This document shows positions 39,606-49,675 of a stretch of DNA of 64,000 nt, piece by piece; the first letter of the stretch is position 1, and every line of letters starts with the position of its first letter. Origin of the DNA: an uncultured Planctomycetia bacterium (GTDB taxonomy: Bacteria; Omnitrophota; Gorgyraeia; 1-14-0-20-64-10); assembly GCA_964373715.1 (NCBI GenBank), contig CAYJVR010000008.1, forward strand, positions 8,468 to 72,467. The letters are read 5' to 3'. The notes under the pieces are model-generated. The model made no database searches. It was not told the DNA's origin and saw nothing but the letters and a program-made list of their open reading frames with translations. A program made the translations under genes and the position numbers.

Positions 39606-40913
39606 TTAGAATTTTTTCTTGTACTTCAGCATCACCTTCCCGTCCTTCTGCTCCTGCTGCGCCGTCACCAAAGCCTTCGGGTCGGGCTGGTGGACCTGGC
39701 CCTCCGCCTCGATGGACACCTTGTCCGTGATCTTGACCTCCGCCCCGACCTTATGCGTTTCGGTCTGCTTCTCCATATCGCTGCCGGTGGGCTTCTCGAT
39801 GCCGTAGTGGATCTCCACCTTGTCGGCAATCGTTTTGCTGACCCCCAGCTCGTTCGACCCGGAACTGTAGGTCAGCGACACCCCGTCCACGCCAAGGCGC
39901 TTGGAGAGGGACTCCCCCATCCCGGAGAAAACGAAGTAATCGACGAAATCCCTGGCAATATCAATCGGGATCTTCCCTTCCGAAACAACCGTGTCGGTGA
40001 CACCCCATCTCTTGCCTGTCATCAGCATCAGCAGCAGGTTCTCCTGCGACACAGGGGGATCGGAACTCAGGATCAATTCCGGCTTCTTCATCGTTCCCTT
40101 CAGGGTGATGTTGATTTTAACCCCCTCAATCTCCGACCTGCCCCGGAAATGGAGCGCCGGTGTTTTCGGATTCCCAGAAAAGATCATTTTCCCCCCTTCC
40201 AGCACAACCTTGGCTCTCCTGGACGTGATCGCGCCACCCTGGAAAATCACCTCCCCATAAGCTTTCGGATGCTCCTTGATCTCTTCGATTTTCACATCGA
40301 ACGAAACAGGACAGCCGGACAGAGAGAATTCCTTGTATAAAAACCGGTCGATAAAGAAGGAACCTCTGACCTGAGGCCTCCTCCAGGACCCCTTCAGAAA
40401 GCTGTCCATATCCAGGATGAGGCCGGAGACATTGCGGACATCGCTGCCCTCGGCGAACAGATCAAGCATGTCGCGCACACCGATGTTTTTCGAATAGACG
40501 TTCACATCGAAGCTCAAATCCCTGTACCCCCCCCAGAGCACGACCGGATACTCCGCTTTCGGGAAAATCAAGCGGGCGTTGCGTATTTCAGCTCGGGATT
40601 TCTCAAGATGGAAAAGGAAATCTGAAATCTTCAGTTGCTGGATCCTCAGCTTCGTGCCGGCGGGCAAACCTTCCAGGTTCCGGATCTCGACATCGTAAAA
40701 TGTGAGCGGCCGGATGATCGCTCCCTTCGCGTTGCGAAAACGGACCTCGGCCGAGTCGAACCCCCAGGAAAGGGCCGATCTCACCAGCAACGCCGCCCCA
40801 GCCGTGGTGTACAAGAGGAAATAACCGACCCCTATAACGAGGCCGAGAAAAAAAGAGAACAGGAACCACAGCCATCGCCCTGCACTCTTTGGTTTTCCGG
40901 AAACGGAACCCAT
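39606..40913 (-). CDS. Hypothetical N-terminally anchored envelope protein (possibly AsmA/TamB-like)
   Basis: 435 aa. An N-terminal TM helix, then a beta-rich body with a Lys-rich C-terminus. The family assignment is tentative. Confidence 0.35.
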   Translation of the reverse strand: MGSVSGKPKSAGRWLWFLFSFFLGLVIGVGYFLLYTTAGAALLVRSALSWGFDSAEVRFRNAKGAIIRPLTFYDVEIRNLEGLPAGTKLRIQQLKISDFLFHLEKSRAEIRNARLIFPKAEYPVVLWGGYRDLSFDVNVYSKNIGVRDMLDLFAEGSDVRNVSGLILDMDSFLKGSWRRPQVRGSFFIDRFLYKEFSLSGCPVSFDVKIEEIKEHPKAYGEVIFQGGAITSRRAKVVLEGGKMIFSGNPKTPALHFRGRSEIEGVKINITLKGTMKKPELILSSDPPVSQENLLLMLMTGKRWGVTDTVVSEGKIPIDIARDFVDYFVFSGMGESLSKRLGVDGVSLTYSSGSNELGVSKTIADKVEIHYGIEKPTGSDMEKQTETHKVGAEVKITDKVSIEAEGQVHQPDPKALVTAQQEQKDGKVMLKYKKKF

Positions 40914-40915
40914 CT

Positions 40916-42148
40916 TTATTCCCCGTCAGAGGATGGCTCAAAAAGCTTCGCCAAAAGCGGCTTTGAAACCGCGCCGTAGTCAAAAAGGACGACCAATCGG
41001 GGCTGAAGCGCACCGGCCTGCTTTAACTGCTCCTCCAAGAGGCTGGGCTTCTCAGTCATCATATAAGCCCCCAGACCGATCGCCACCTTCGAAGGATCAC
41101 CCGTCACCCCAATCGCGGACCGGCAGGCCAAAAGGATAAGCCGGGGATCCAGCGAATAATTCATGAGAACAACAAAATCCACGATCCCTTTTTCCACCCA
41201 CAGACCCCAATCTTGGCACGCCGAACCGTAGGCCCGGTCAAACGCGGCAATCACGGCGCATGAAACCTCAATGCCGGGATGCCGGTTTCCCACCTCGCTG
41301 GAAAGTTCCCGCACAAGATCCGTCACCTGATCCCTCTTCCACTGATCCCAAAGAAGCGACTCCTCCGGTTTCAAAGCTCCTCCCGCCAAACGGATCCCGG
41401 TCTTCTCGGTAAAACGGGAGGCATTATGCTCTCCATAGCCGTAACTAAGACCGACAGAATTAAACCGGGAACCGGGGATAAAGGGGGGCGATGCCGGATA
41501 CCGGATGTAGTCAAAATGGATGCCGTCCAGCTGGGGGTACTTGCCGACCAGCTCTGAAACAATCCCCTTCAGATGCTCCCTGACGCGGAGATCGCCGGGT
41601 TCAAGAAAAAGCTGGTTTTCCCTTTCATAATACTTGTCCAATTCCCCGTCCGATTTCTTCCTGAGCCCATCCCGGCCGTACTGGTCTTTCGTGAGGATGT
41701 CGCGCCCAAACTTTTTAAGTACCGGCGCCTCTTCGTTTTGAGAGAGGGTCAACGCGTTGACCCATGCGTGAACTTGAATCCCTTGCTGATGAGCCTGCTC
41801 GATAAGAACTTGCAGCGGATCGCCGCCGAAGCGGGCCTTGTTTTCTCTAAAAGGAGAGGCGTCGGCAATCTTGGAGTCAAACCAGGCTTTATCCCCGCGG
41901 TAAACCTGGATGAACAAGATACTAAACCCGCGCTGTTTAGCAAAAGAAAGGAACTCTTGCATCTCCTTCGGACTATTGAGGGGATTCTTTTCGCTGAAGC
42001 TGCTGACCCACAACCCCCTGCTGGGAGAAGACCCCTCCGTCTGTGCGGAAACACCGGCTGTTACAAGGAAAACCAACAGGAAGAAAACCGCTAAAAAAAC
42101 AGCGGCCGGAAGGATGCGGACTCTTGAACGAACAGCTGTTTCATCCAC
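40916..42148 (-). CDS. Glycosyl-hydrolase-like 10 (GHL10/DUF187) family secreted protein
   Basis: 410 aa. Signal peptide followed by a TIM-barrel-like region (SILFIQVYRGDKAWF...VHAWVNAL...DGIHFDYIRYP). Confidence 0.5.
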   Translation of the reverse strand: MDETAVRSRVRILPAAVFLAVFFLLVFLVTAGVSAQTEGSSPSRGLWVSSFSEKNPLNSPKEMQEFLSFAKQRGFSILFIQVYRGDKAWFDSKIADASPFRENKARFGGDPLQVLIEQAHQQGIQVHAWVNALTLSQNEEAPVLKKFGRDILTKDQYGRDGLRKKSDGELDKYYERENQLFLEPGDLRVREHLKGIVSELVGKYPQLDGIHFDYIRYPASPPFIPGSRFNSVGLSYGYGEHNASRFTEKTGIRLAGGALKPEESLLWDQWKRDQVTDLVRELSSEVGNRHPGIEVSCAVIAAFDRAYGSACQDWGLWVEKGIVDFVVLMNYSLDPRLILLACRSAIGVTGDPSKVAIGLGAYMMTEKPSLLEEQLKQAGALQPRLVVLFDYGAVSKPLLAKLFEPSSDGE

Positions 42149-42243
42149 TTGACGGAAAACTCCTTCAGGCGGAGCGGCTCAGAGTTGCGGTATCTGCGAA
42201 AAAACAGGAGGCTGGATCCAGATCCTCTGCGCCATTCTCTTCT

Positions 42244-43236
42244 TCAAAAAAACAGCCTGGCAATCTTAGCGACAGCGAACCCGAGAAAACCGCACACCGG
42301 AAATGTCAAAACCCAGGCGGTGACAATATCGCGCGTCACGCCCCAGCGAACCGCGGAAAACCGCTTTGTCGCCCCGACACCCATGATGGTCGTGTTAATC
42401 GTGTGGGTCGTGCTCAGCGGAATTCCAAAATGGCTTGCCAGCGCAATTGTCAAGCCGGCGCCTGTTTCAGCCGCGAACCCGTGCACAGGCTCGAGCTTGG
42501 TCAGCTTTAAACCCATCGTCTTCATGATCTTCCATCCGCCGATGGAAGTGCCAACCCCCATAACAACGGCACACAAAAGGACAACCCACATCGGCACATG
42601 AAAAGACGGGTGAACCCCTCCCAAAAACAGAACCAGGCAAAATGCACCAATAAATTTTTGCCCATCATTCGATCCGTGGCCAAAAGCCATAAATGCGGCA
42701 GACAGTATCTGGGCCTTTGTGAAAAACCGGCGCACCAATGCAGGGCTGCTTTTGGCGAAAATCCAATAGATGGCCGTCATAATAGCTAAACCGCCCCCAA
42801 ACCCGAGAAACGTGGAGAAAAGGAGACCCATCCCGATTTTTTCCCATCCCGTCAGGACAAGAGAGGACGGCCCCGCTGTTGCCAGAGCTGCGCCGGTCAA
42901 CCCGGCGATAAGCGCATGGCTTTCGCTCGTCGGAAGGCCGCCCCAATAATAGGTGAAGGTGCTCCACGCGACAATCGCGACCATCGCCGCTCCGACGGTA
43001 ATAAGATCTATCGCTCCGGGCTGAACAATCCCCTTGCCGATCGTGGCAGCAACAGCCGTGCCGGACATGGCTCCGACGATGTTAAAAACAGTCGCCATCG
43101 CCAACGCCATAGAGGGCGGCATAACGCGGGTGGAAACCACCGTGGCAATCGAGTTCGGGGCGTCCGTCCATCCGTTGACGAATTCAGCGGCGAGAACAAG
43201 TCCCAGGACAAAAATCAAACCTACGGAAAGGTGCAT
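42244..43236 (-). CDS. pit: Inorganic phosphate transporter, PiT family
   Basis: 330 aa polytopic protein. Contains GWTDAPNSIAT and GHGSNDGQK PiT signatures. Confidence 0.85.
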   Translation of the reverse strand: MHLSVGLIFVLGLVLAAEFVNGWTDAPNSIATVVSTRVMPPSMALAMATVFNIVGAMSGTAVAATIGKGIVQPGAIDLITVGAAMVAIVAWSTFTYYWGGLPTSESHALIAGLTGAALATAGPSSLVLTGWEKIGMGLLFSTFLGFGGGLAIMTAIYWIFAKSSPALVRRFFTKAQILSAAFMAFGHGSNDGQKFIGAFCLVLFLGGVHPSFHVPMWVVLLCAVVMGVGTSIGGWKIMKTMGLKLTKLEPVHGFAAETGAGLTIALASHFGIPLSTTHTINTTIMGVGATKRFSAVRWGVTRDIVTAWVLTFPVCGFLGFAVAKIARLFF

Positions 43237-43248
43237 CTGTTGTTTTGC

Positions 43249-43869
43249 CTACGCATTCTTCAGAAAGATGCCTTCGATAGCGATCGCCACATGCTCACAC
43301 TTGTCGGTGGCCGTTTCCAAAAGCTTATACAGTTCCCGCCACTTCATCACCTCGAGAGGATCCCCTTTGTTCTCAAACAAGTCGGCCACAGCCTGTCGAA
43401 GAATCCGGTCTCCTTCGTTCTCCAAGCGGTTCACCTCGATGCAATGCTCCAAGATATCCGCGTGCTTCAAATTCTTCAGCCGCGGGATCATTTTGCTGAT
43501 CTCCTCAACCTGCTTGGCGACAACAACCGCAAGGGCCTTAAACTCCGGCGTGGGCTGCTTTACTTTATAGAGGATCAGGTGCTGGGTAGAATCCTCGATG
43601 AAATCCATAACATCGTCCAGCGTGGCAGCCAACGCATGGATATCCTCACGGTCAAGCGGCGTGATGAAGGTCCTGTTGAGCTTCGCCATGATCTCGTGGG
43701 TCACCTGATCGGCGTCGTGCTCGAGACGCTCGATCCGGTGAGCTTTTTCCGGCAGCGTTTGATAATCCATTACCGCATCCCTGAGCAATGTTGCCGCTTC
43801 CAGCAAAAGCTTCACCGACTGTTCAAATAAATCGAAAAATTGTGTCTCTTTTGGTATCAACCGGAACAT
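43249..43869 (-). CDS. DUF47 / PhoU-like phosphate transport regulator paired with Pit
   Basis: 206 aa helical protein located directly upstream of pit, with a DUF47-like sequence pattern. Confidence 0.75.
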   Translation of the reverse strand: MFRLIPKETQFFDLFEQSVKLLLEAATLLRDAVMDYQTLPEKAHRIERLEHDADQVTHEIMAKLNRTFITPLDREDIHALAATLDDVMDFIEDSTQHLILYKVKQPTPEFKALAVVVAKQVEEISKMIPRLKNLKHADILEHCIEVNRLENEGDRILRQAVADLFENKGDPLEVMKWRELYKLLETATDKCEHVAIAIEGIFLKNA

Positions 43870-44018
43870 AAGGATATCCCCTTTGGGTCGTTAAACCAGC
43901 AAAAAACACCCTCCCTGCGCCTTAAAAAACAGAAGGGGCCGCATTCAGAACAATTCGAAGTAGAGAAGGAATGCATCGAACGGGTTGATTCTACCATCCC
44001 GCCCATCGGTGTCAAGGT

Positions 44019-44735
44019 TCACCCGCCGAGATAAGCCTCCTTTACCGCGGCATTCTCCCGAAGCTTTTCGGCGGGCCCTTCCAATACAATCCGCCCAGTC
44101 TCCAAGACATAAGCGGACTGCGCCACACGGAGGGCCTGGTAAGCGTTCTGCTCCACGAGAAGTATCGTCATTCCAGCCCGGTGGATTTCCTGAATAGCGT
44201 CAAACAACTGGAGCACAAGCTTCGGCGCCAGACCCAGCGACGGCTCATCGAGAAGAAGGAGCCGGGGCCTGGCCATAAGCCCCCTTCCCAGAGCCAGCAT
44301 CTGCTGCTCGCCGCCTGAAAGGGTGCCCGCCAACTGTCCGGCCCGCTCCTTCAGTATAGGAAACAGCATCAGAACCCGCTGGAGGTCCTTATCCGCCTCC
44401 AGGCGGTCCTTCCGGAAAACAGAGCCTATGATGAGATTCTCCATCACCGTCATCCGGGGAAAGACCCTCCTCCCCTCCGGAACATGGGTAATCCCCTTCG
44501 CGACGATCCGTTCGGGCAAATTGCCGGCAATCGGCTCATCCAAGAAACAGATCTCTCCTTTGACCACCGAAGCCAAACCGGAGATGGCCATCAGAGAGGT
44601 CGTCTTGCCCGCCCCGTTGGCCCCCACCAAAGCGACAATCTCTCCTTCATGGACCCTGAGGGAAACTCCCTTCAAGACCTCGACTTCGCCGCGGCAGACA
44701 TGCAGGTCTTCAACGACCAAAACCGGCTTCTTCAC
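44019..44735 (-). CDS. livF: Branched-chain amino acid ABC transporter ATP-binding protein
   Basis: 238 aa. ABC ATPase Walker A motif GANGAGKTT and the signature LSGGEQQM. Confidence 0.85.
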   Translation of the reverse strand: MKKPVLVVEDLHVCRGEVEVLKGVSLRVHEGEIVALVGANGAGKTTSLMAISGLASVVKGEICFLDEPIAGNLPERIVAKGITHVPEGRRVFPRMTVMENLIIGSVFRKDRLEADKDLQRVLMLFPILKERAGQLAGTLSGGEQQMLALGRGLMARPRLLLLDEPSLGLAPKLVLQLFDAIQEIHRAGMTILLVEQNAYQALRVAQSAYVLETGRIVLEGPAEKLRENAAVKEAYLGG

Positions 44736-45511
44736 CCCACCACCCTGATCCCTAAATAAGCTTCAATAACAGCGGGATCATCCTGGACCGCTTTAGGAGG
44801 GCCTTCCGCAATCTTCGCTCCGTAATCCAAAACAACCACCCAATCGGAGATCGGCATCACCACTTTCATATCATGCTCAATCAGGAGGATAGTCAAACCT
44901 CTCGACTTCAACTCCAGAAGGAAACCGGAGAGCTCCTGTTTCTCCTGATACGTCAACCCGGCAGCCGGTTCATCCAACAGCAGCAACTCCGGATCGGAAG
45001 CCAAGGCCCGGGCCAACTCAAGGCGGCGCTGCTGGCCGTACGATAAAGTACCGGCCAGCCGGCCGGCAAAAAGCTCCAAACCGAGTTGATCCAGAAGCCT
45101 CAGAGCCCTGTCCTGCACCCACCGGCGCTCCTGGCGGGCCTCCTGCCCGAAGGGCCATAAGGCTTCCCCAAGACCGGCTGTCCTTCTTGCGTGAGTTCCG
45201 ACGATCACGTTATCCATAACGGACATATTGGAGAAAAGACGTATATTCTGAAAAGTCCTGGCAAGCCCGAACCGGGCCGCCTCGTGCGGAGCGCAGCGAT
45301 GAAGCGCGTCCGGGTTCTCCTCCCCGAATAAGATAGAACCCTCCTCCGGCCGGATCACGCCGGTAACACAATTAAAGAGCGTCGTCTTACCCGCTCCATT
45401 TGGACCGATAAGGCTCACAATCCTGCCCCGTTCGACAGAGAAACTGATCCGGTCGAGCGCAACCACCCCGCCGAATCTCTTAGTCAACCGGTCCACCTTA
45501 AGCAGAGACAT
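44732..45511 (-). CDS. livG: Branched-chain amino acid ABC transporter ATP-binding protein
   Basis: 259 aa. Walker A motif GPNGAGKTT and the signature LSYGQQRRLE. Confidence 0.85.
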   Translation of the reverse strand: MSLLKVDRLTKRFGGVVALDRISFSVERGRIVSLIGPNGAGKTTLFNCVTGVIRPEEGSILFGEENPDALHRCAPHEAARFGLARTFQNIRLFSNMSVMDNVIVGTHARRTAGLGEALWPFGQEARQERRWVQDRALRLLDQLGLELFAGRLAGTLSYGQQRRLELARALASDPELLLLDEPAAGLTYQEKQELSGFLLELKSRGLTILLIEHDMKVVMPISDWVVVLDYGAKIAEGPPKAVQDDPAVIEAYLGIRVVG

Positions 45512-46457
45512 GCCGGCCCTTCATCTCTTTCCGGATCTGCGCCGTCCCCCACAACCCCTGAGGCCTGAAACGGATCAGAAGGATCATCACAATCCCGAAA
45601 ATCAGCATCCGGTAAATAGCAAACGACCGCAGCAACTCCGGCGCAATGCTCAAAACCGCAGCGCCCAGAATCACCCCTGTAACGGACCCCAGCCCGCCCA
45701 ATATCACCATCGCCAGCACCATTACCGACAGGATAAAATCAAAGCTGTCCGGCGTGACCGTCCCCTGTTTGGCAGCAAAAACGCAGCCGGCCAAGCCGGC
45801 GATACCGCCGCCCAATCCCAAAGCTAAAAGCTTAAACCGGGCAACATCTATCCCGGAACATTCAGCAGCCAGCTCATCCTCCCGGATGGCGACCCATGCC
45901 AAGCCGATCCTCGACCGGGCCAGCCGCGAACAGGCCCAAGCAACAACCGCCGCGAGAACAAGAAGCAGTCCGTAGTAAGGCTTCGAATCGACGCCGAAGT
46001 TGTAAGAAAAAAAGACCGGATGCCCGATCCCAAGCAACCCATTCGGGCCGCCGGTCCATTCCTCAAGATTGGTCACAACGATTCGGACGATCTCTCCGAA
46101 CCCAAGCGTCACGATCGCCAGGTAATCCCCCCGAACGCGCATCACCGGAAGCCCCAACAGAAATCCAGCCGCCCCCGCGGCGGCGGCGCTTACAGGCAAC
46201 CCCACCCAGAAAGGGCATCCCAAATTGAGATTCAACAAAGCATAGGTATAAGCTCCGACGGCGAAAAAAGCGGCGTAACCCAGATGGAGAAGCCCGGCAA
46301 ATCCAACAATGATGTTCAGTCCCAGAGCAAGAAGCGCGTAGAGCGCGGCGGTGGCCAAAACATCCACACGATAGGCATTCGGATCAAAAAAAGGCAGGAA
46401 GACAAGCAAAAGTATGAGCAGTTTTCGGGTCACCCCGCCACCTCGCGGCGGGGTCAT
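45498..46457 (-). CDS. livM: Branched-chain amino acid ABC transporter permease
   Basis: Polytopic LivM-like permease. Start chosen at MTPPRGGG, which overlaps the livH stop. The longer ORF overlaps livH. Confidence 0.8.
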   Translation of the reverse strand: MTPPRGGGVTRKLLILLLVFLPFFDPNAYRVDVLATAALYALLALGLNIIVGFAGLLHLGYAAFFAVGAYTYALLNLNLGCPFWVGLPVSAAAAGAAGFLLGLPVMRVRGDYLAIVTLGFGEIVRIVVTNLEEWTGGPNGLLGIGHPVFFSYNFGVDSKPYYGLLLVLAAVVAWACSRLARSRIGLAWVAIREDELAAECSGIDVARFKLLALGLGGGIAGLAGCVFAAKQGTVTPDSFDFILSVMVLAMVILGGLGSVTGVILGAAVLSIAPELLRSFAIYRMLIFGIVMILLIRFRPQGLWGTAQIRKEMKGRHVSA

Positions 46458-47368
46458 GCCCGTTCCGCCACCCTCTCCCCCAGAAGCCCTCTGGGACGAA
46501 ACAACAGAACCAGCACGAGCACGGCGAAAGCGATGACATTCTTCCACTGGGTCGACACATAACCGGCGCTTAACCCCTCAATGAGCCCCAGCAGGAGCCC
46601 TCCCACCATAGCGCCCGGAATATTACCGATACCGCCGAGCACCGCCGCAGTAAAAGCTTTCAGACCGGTCAGATAGCCGTCATGAAAATTGACCGTCGAG
46701 TAATGGCTCCCGAACAGGACGCCGCCGACGCCGGCCAAAGCGGAGCCGAGCGCGAAAGTGAGCGCGGTGACCTTATCCACGCTGATTCCCATCAAACGAG
46801 CGGCCAACGGATCCTGCGCAGAAGCCCGCATCGCCCGGCCGAAACCGGTCGCGTAAACGATCCGGTGGAGAAGAACCATGAGCAGAAAAGCGACCACAAA
46901 AATCATCAGCTGTAGAGGGGTGACCGTCACCGCCCCCTTCCCCCAGGTCACCGCAGGAAGAAGAGATGGAAGATAGCGGTCCTGAGCGCCGTATCCGATC
47001 ATTACGGCATTCTGAAGAAAAAAAGAGACCCCGATGGCCGTGATGAGCAGCGAAAGTTTCGGGGCGCGCCTAAGAGGCCGGTAAGCGACCCTCTCTATAA
47101 TCAGCCCGAGCACAGCGCAGCCGGCCGCCGCAACAGCGATGAGAAACAGGAACCACGCCAAAGATCCGGCGGCCGGGGCCTGCAAGCCAGCCGCCAGAAT
47201 AACGCTTAAACCCAGATAGGCTCCCACCATAAAAACCTCACCGTGGGCAAAGTTGATCAGCTGCATGATTCCGTAAACCATCGTGTAGCCTAAAGCGATC
47301 AGCGCGTAAACGGAACCGATTGTCAGCCCGTTAATGACCTGCTGGAGAAACAGCTCGCTGGAACTCAT
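46454..47368 (-). CDS. livH: Branched-chain amino acid ABC transporter permease
   Basis: 304 aa. LivH-like permease. Confidence 0.85.
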   Translation of the reverse strand: MSSSELFLQQVINGLTIGSVYALIALGYTMVYGIMQLINFAHGEVFMVGAYLGLSVILAAGLQAPAAGSLAWFLFLIAVAAAGCAVLGLIIERVAYRPLRRAPKLSLLITAIGVSFFLQNAVMIGYGAQDRYLPSLLPAVTWGKGAVTVTPLQLMIFVVAFLLMVLLHRIVYATGFGRAMRASAQDPLAARLMGISVDKVTALTFALGSALAGVGGVLFGSHYSTVNFHDGYLTGLKAFTAAVLGGIGNIPGAMVGGLLLGLIEGLSAGYVSTQWKNVIAFAVLVLVLLFRPRGLLGERVAERA

Positions 47369-47393
47369 GGGAAAGCTTTATGGGGAAAACCGG

Positions 47394-48542
47394 TCAGCTT
47401 TTTCCTTCGAAGGCTTCGAGGAATTGGAATTTACCGTCCCGTACCGTGAATATCCCGATCGTCCTTAAGGTGGTATCCCCCTTCTCGTCGAATGTATGAA
47501 CACCCAGAATCCCCGGATACTCTTTGATCCCTTTCATGGCCAAGAGGACCGCGGTGCGTTCGGGGCGCCCTGCCCGATGAATCGCTTCCAGAGCGAGGCG
47601 GGTCGCTTCATAGGCGTAAGAAGAGTAAGAGCCCATGTGATGGTACCGCTGCTCGAAGGACTCCACGAACTGCTTCGCCTTCGGAACCTGATGGATGTCT
47701 GCCCCCAACGTGGTCAGGTAAATCCCTTCGGCCGCCTGCGGAGTCGCCAGCTGGATCAAGGTGGGCTCATAGAGACCGTCGCCGCCCAAGAAAGAGGCCG
47801 GAACATTCAGTTCCCGCCTCTGCTTGATCAAAAGAGCAGCCTCCGGGAACATTCCAGCGAAATAGATCAGGTCGGCCCCCAGGCTCTTTACCTTTGTCAG
47901 CAAAGGGGTAAAATCTTTCTCCCCTTGGGCGATCCCCTCATGGCCAAGCAGCTGGACATTGAGTGTTTTCGCCTTTTTCATGAATTCATTGGCCAGGCCC
48001 CGGCCGTACGTGGTCATGTCATCAATCACGAAGATTTTCTTGGCCCCGAGCTTTTCCACGGCGAAGCGGGCTCCCGCGGGCCCTTGGAGATCGTCGGTCG
48101 GGCAAACGCGGTAAAAGTTGTCAAACCCCTGGCGGGATATCTCGGGGTTCGAGGAGACGGGGTTCACATGAAGCATCCGGGCTTCGTTATAAATCACCGA
48201 GGCCGGTTTGGTGCAGCTGGAGTTGAGGTGCCCTACCACGGCAACAACGGTCGGATCGGACGCGAGCCGCTTAGCCGCCGAGACCGCCTGAGAGGGACTC
48301 CTTTGGTCATCCAAAACGCTTAACTCAACACGGTAACCGGGGAGAATCTCTCCCTGAGACTTCACGTTCTCAAGAGCCATCTGGACGCCGCGCAGCATAT
48401 CCAGCCCGTGCGCCGCCTGATCCCCCGTCAAAGGACCGACGAAACCGACCCGGACCACTGCCTCCGGCTTGCCGCACCCGGCCAGAAGAAAAAACAGGGC
48501 GGCCGCTAGAGTTGCGGAACGAACAGAAGATGTATTCATTTT
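47394..48542 (-). CDS. livK: Branched-chain amino acid ABC transporter substrate-binding lipoprotein
   Basis: A periplasmic binding protein type I fold. Start chosen at MNTSSVRSATLAAALFFLLAGCG, which contains a lipobox. Confidence 0.8.
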   Translation of the reverse strand, partial: KMNTSSVRSATLAAALFFLLAGCGKPEAVVRVGFVGPLTGDQAAHGLDMLRGVQMALENVKSQGEILPGYRVELSVLDDQRSPSQAVSAAKRLASDPTVVAVVGHLNSSCTKPASVIYNEARMLHVNPVSSNPEISRQGFDNFYRVCPTDDLQGPAGARFAVEKLGAKKIFVIDDMTTYGRGLANEFMKKAKTLNVQLLGHEGIAQGEKDFTPLLTKVKSLGADLIYFAGMFPEAALLIKQRRELNVPASFLGGDGLYEPTLIQLATPQAAEGIYLTTLGADIHQVPKAKQFVESFEQRYHHMGSYSSYAYEATRLALEAIHRAGRPERTAVLLAMKGIKEYPGILGVHTFDEKGDTTLRTIGIFTVRDGKFQFLEAFEGKS

Positions 48543-48618
48543 GGCATTTAGGTGTCTATGATACACCAAGAAAAGCGCAAAAACACCTAAACGCCGGCAA
48601 GGCGGTGCTTGATGATTT

Positions 48619-48969
48619 TTACTCTCCCACAACTTCAATGATTGTGGTGCCAGCCCGGTCGAGAACGTTTCCCTCTTCATCCCTTGGCCTGTCATCCTCC
48701 CGTGGGCCGCTCATCCGATTCTTTATCATCGCGTTGGCGTTGTTCTGCGTAATCATGTTCTCCATCTTCTCAGCATGGATCTTGTCCATCAGCTTCGTAT
48801 TCGGCTTAACCGGGCTCATCAGATCCTTGTAGAAATTCCGGATGCTGGCGATCTGCTTATCCGCCTGCTTTCGGAACTTTCTGTCCCGCTTGTATTTCTC
48901 CTGAAAGAGGCCGTAACCGACTCCTCCCGCTACAGCGATAATCAAAACGATCCACGCAAAACGTTTCAT
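48619..48969 (-). CDS. Small membrane-anchored hypothetical protein (116 aa)
   Basis: Start at the ATG giving MKRFAWIVLIIAVAGG. One TM helix followed by a charged tail. Confidence 0.4.
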   Translation of the reverse strand: MKRFAWIVLIIAVAGGVGYGLFQEKYKRDRKFRKQADKQIASIRNFYKDLMSPVKPNTKLMDKIHAEKMENMITQNNANAMIKNRMSGPREDDRPRDEEGNVLDRAGTTIIEVVGE

Positions 48970-49055
48970 AAAATATATCCCTTGAGACAGGCACTTGCGG
49001 CCTAAACCGGACCCGCCGCCTTTGATCCGTCGCTTTATGCTACCCGAAGCCGCTC

Positions 49056-49544
49056 TCAAGCCAAAGAGGGACTCTGCCGCTGCACCCAACGAAACCGGAG
49101 CAACCGGAGCAGCTGCGCCGCCTTTCGGAATCCCCCTCCCCACTCGAACAACCGGGCTTCCCAGAAACTCAGCCGCGCCGTCAAAACCGGATGCCGCTCC
49201 GGCTTCAGAGCCTTGGCGATGATCCGCTCTTTGGCAATCGGCGGATCGCATCGAAAATTCGCATCCCCTTTTAACCGGCATACCGCCGCACCTCGACGAT
49301 TGCTTATCTGAACGATCCGGTGCACCAGGTTCTGCGAGCCGGCCCGGTAAACCACCACATCGCCGACGCGGAAATCTCCCCCTTCGCACGGCTTCATCTG
49401 CAGAGTCTCTCCGTCACAGAGAAAAGGGCTCATACTGCCTCCCGCAACACAGCCTGTAAAAACAGCATTCCCCTGGAGCTCATGAATAAATTCCACCAAG
49501 GTTTGGTCGAGTTTCTCTTCGGACAGCATGGCATATCGAAACAT
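49056..49544 (-). CDS. S26/S24-like serine peptidase (signal-peptidase-I-like catalytic core, no TM anchor)
   Basis: It has a GGSMSPFL box (Ser nucleophile), a GDFRVGDVVVY box, and LVHRIVQI...KGDANFRCDP boxes that resemble SPase I boxes B-E. ATG start chosen at 49544. Confidence 0.5.
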   Translation of the reverse strand: MFRYAMLSEEKLDQTLVEFIHELQGNAVFTGCVAGGSMSPFLCDGETLQMKPCEGGDFRVGDVVVYRAGSQNLVHRIVQISNRRGAAVCRLKGDANFRCDPPIAKERIIAKALKPERHPVLTARLSFWEARLFEWGGGFRKAAQLLRLLRFRWVQRQSPSLA

Positions 49545-49639
49545 AGCATGAGACCGGCGGACATTGCAACAGTTGGAAAAGGGCCATTTTGTAAAAAACA
49601 CCGGTCTTTTCAAGATCTGGCTTTAAAAACGGCGGTCTA

Positions 49640-49675
49640 ACAGCTATAATTGAGACGACATCAGGAGGTGCTCAA
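49640..49675 (+). promoter_or_regulatory. Putative -10 box and Shine-Dalgarno in front of the small ORF
   Basis: TATAAT at 49645-49650. AGGAGG at 49663-49668, 7 nt before the ATG at 49676. Confidence 0.3.

Noticed and set aside
48970..49389. Upstream 140 codons of ORF 48619-49389
   Set aside because: It is a Gly/Arg/Ala-rich low-complexity translation. A clean ATG followed by a TM helix (MKRFAWIVLII) marks the plausible start at 48969.
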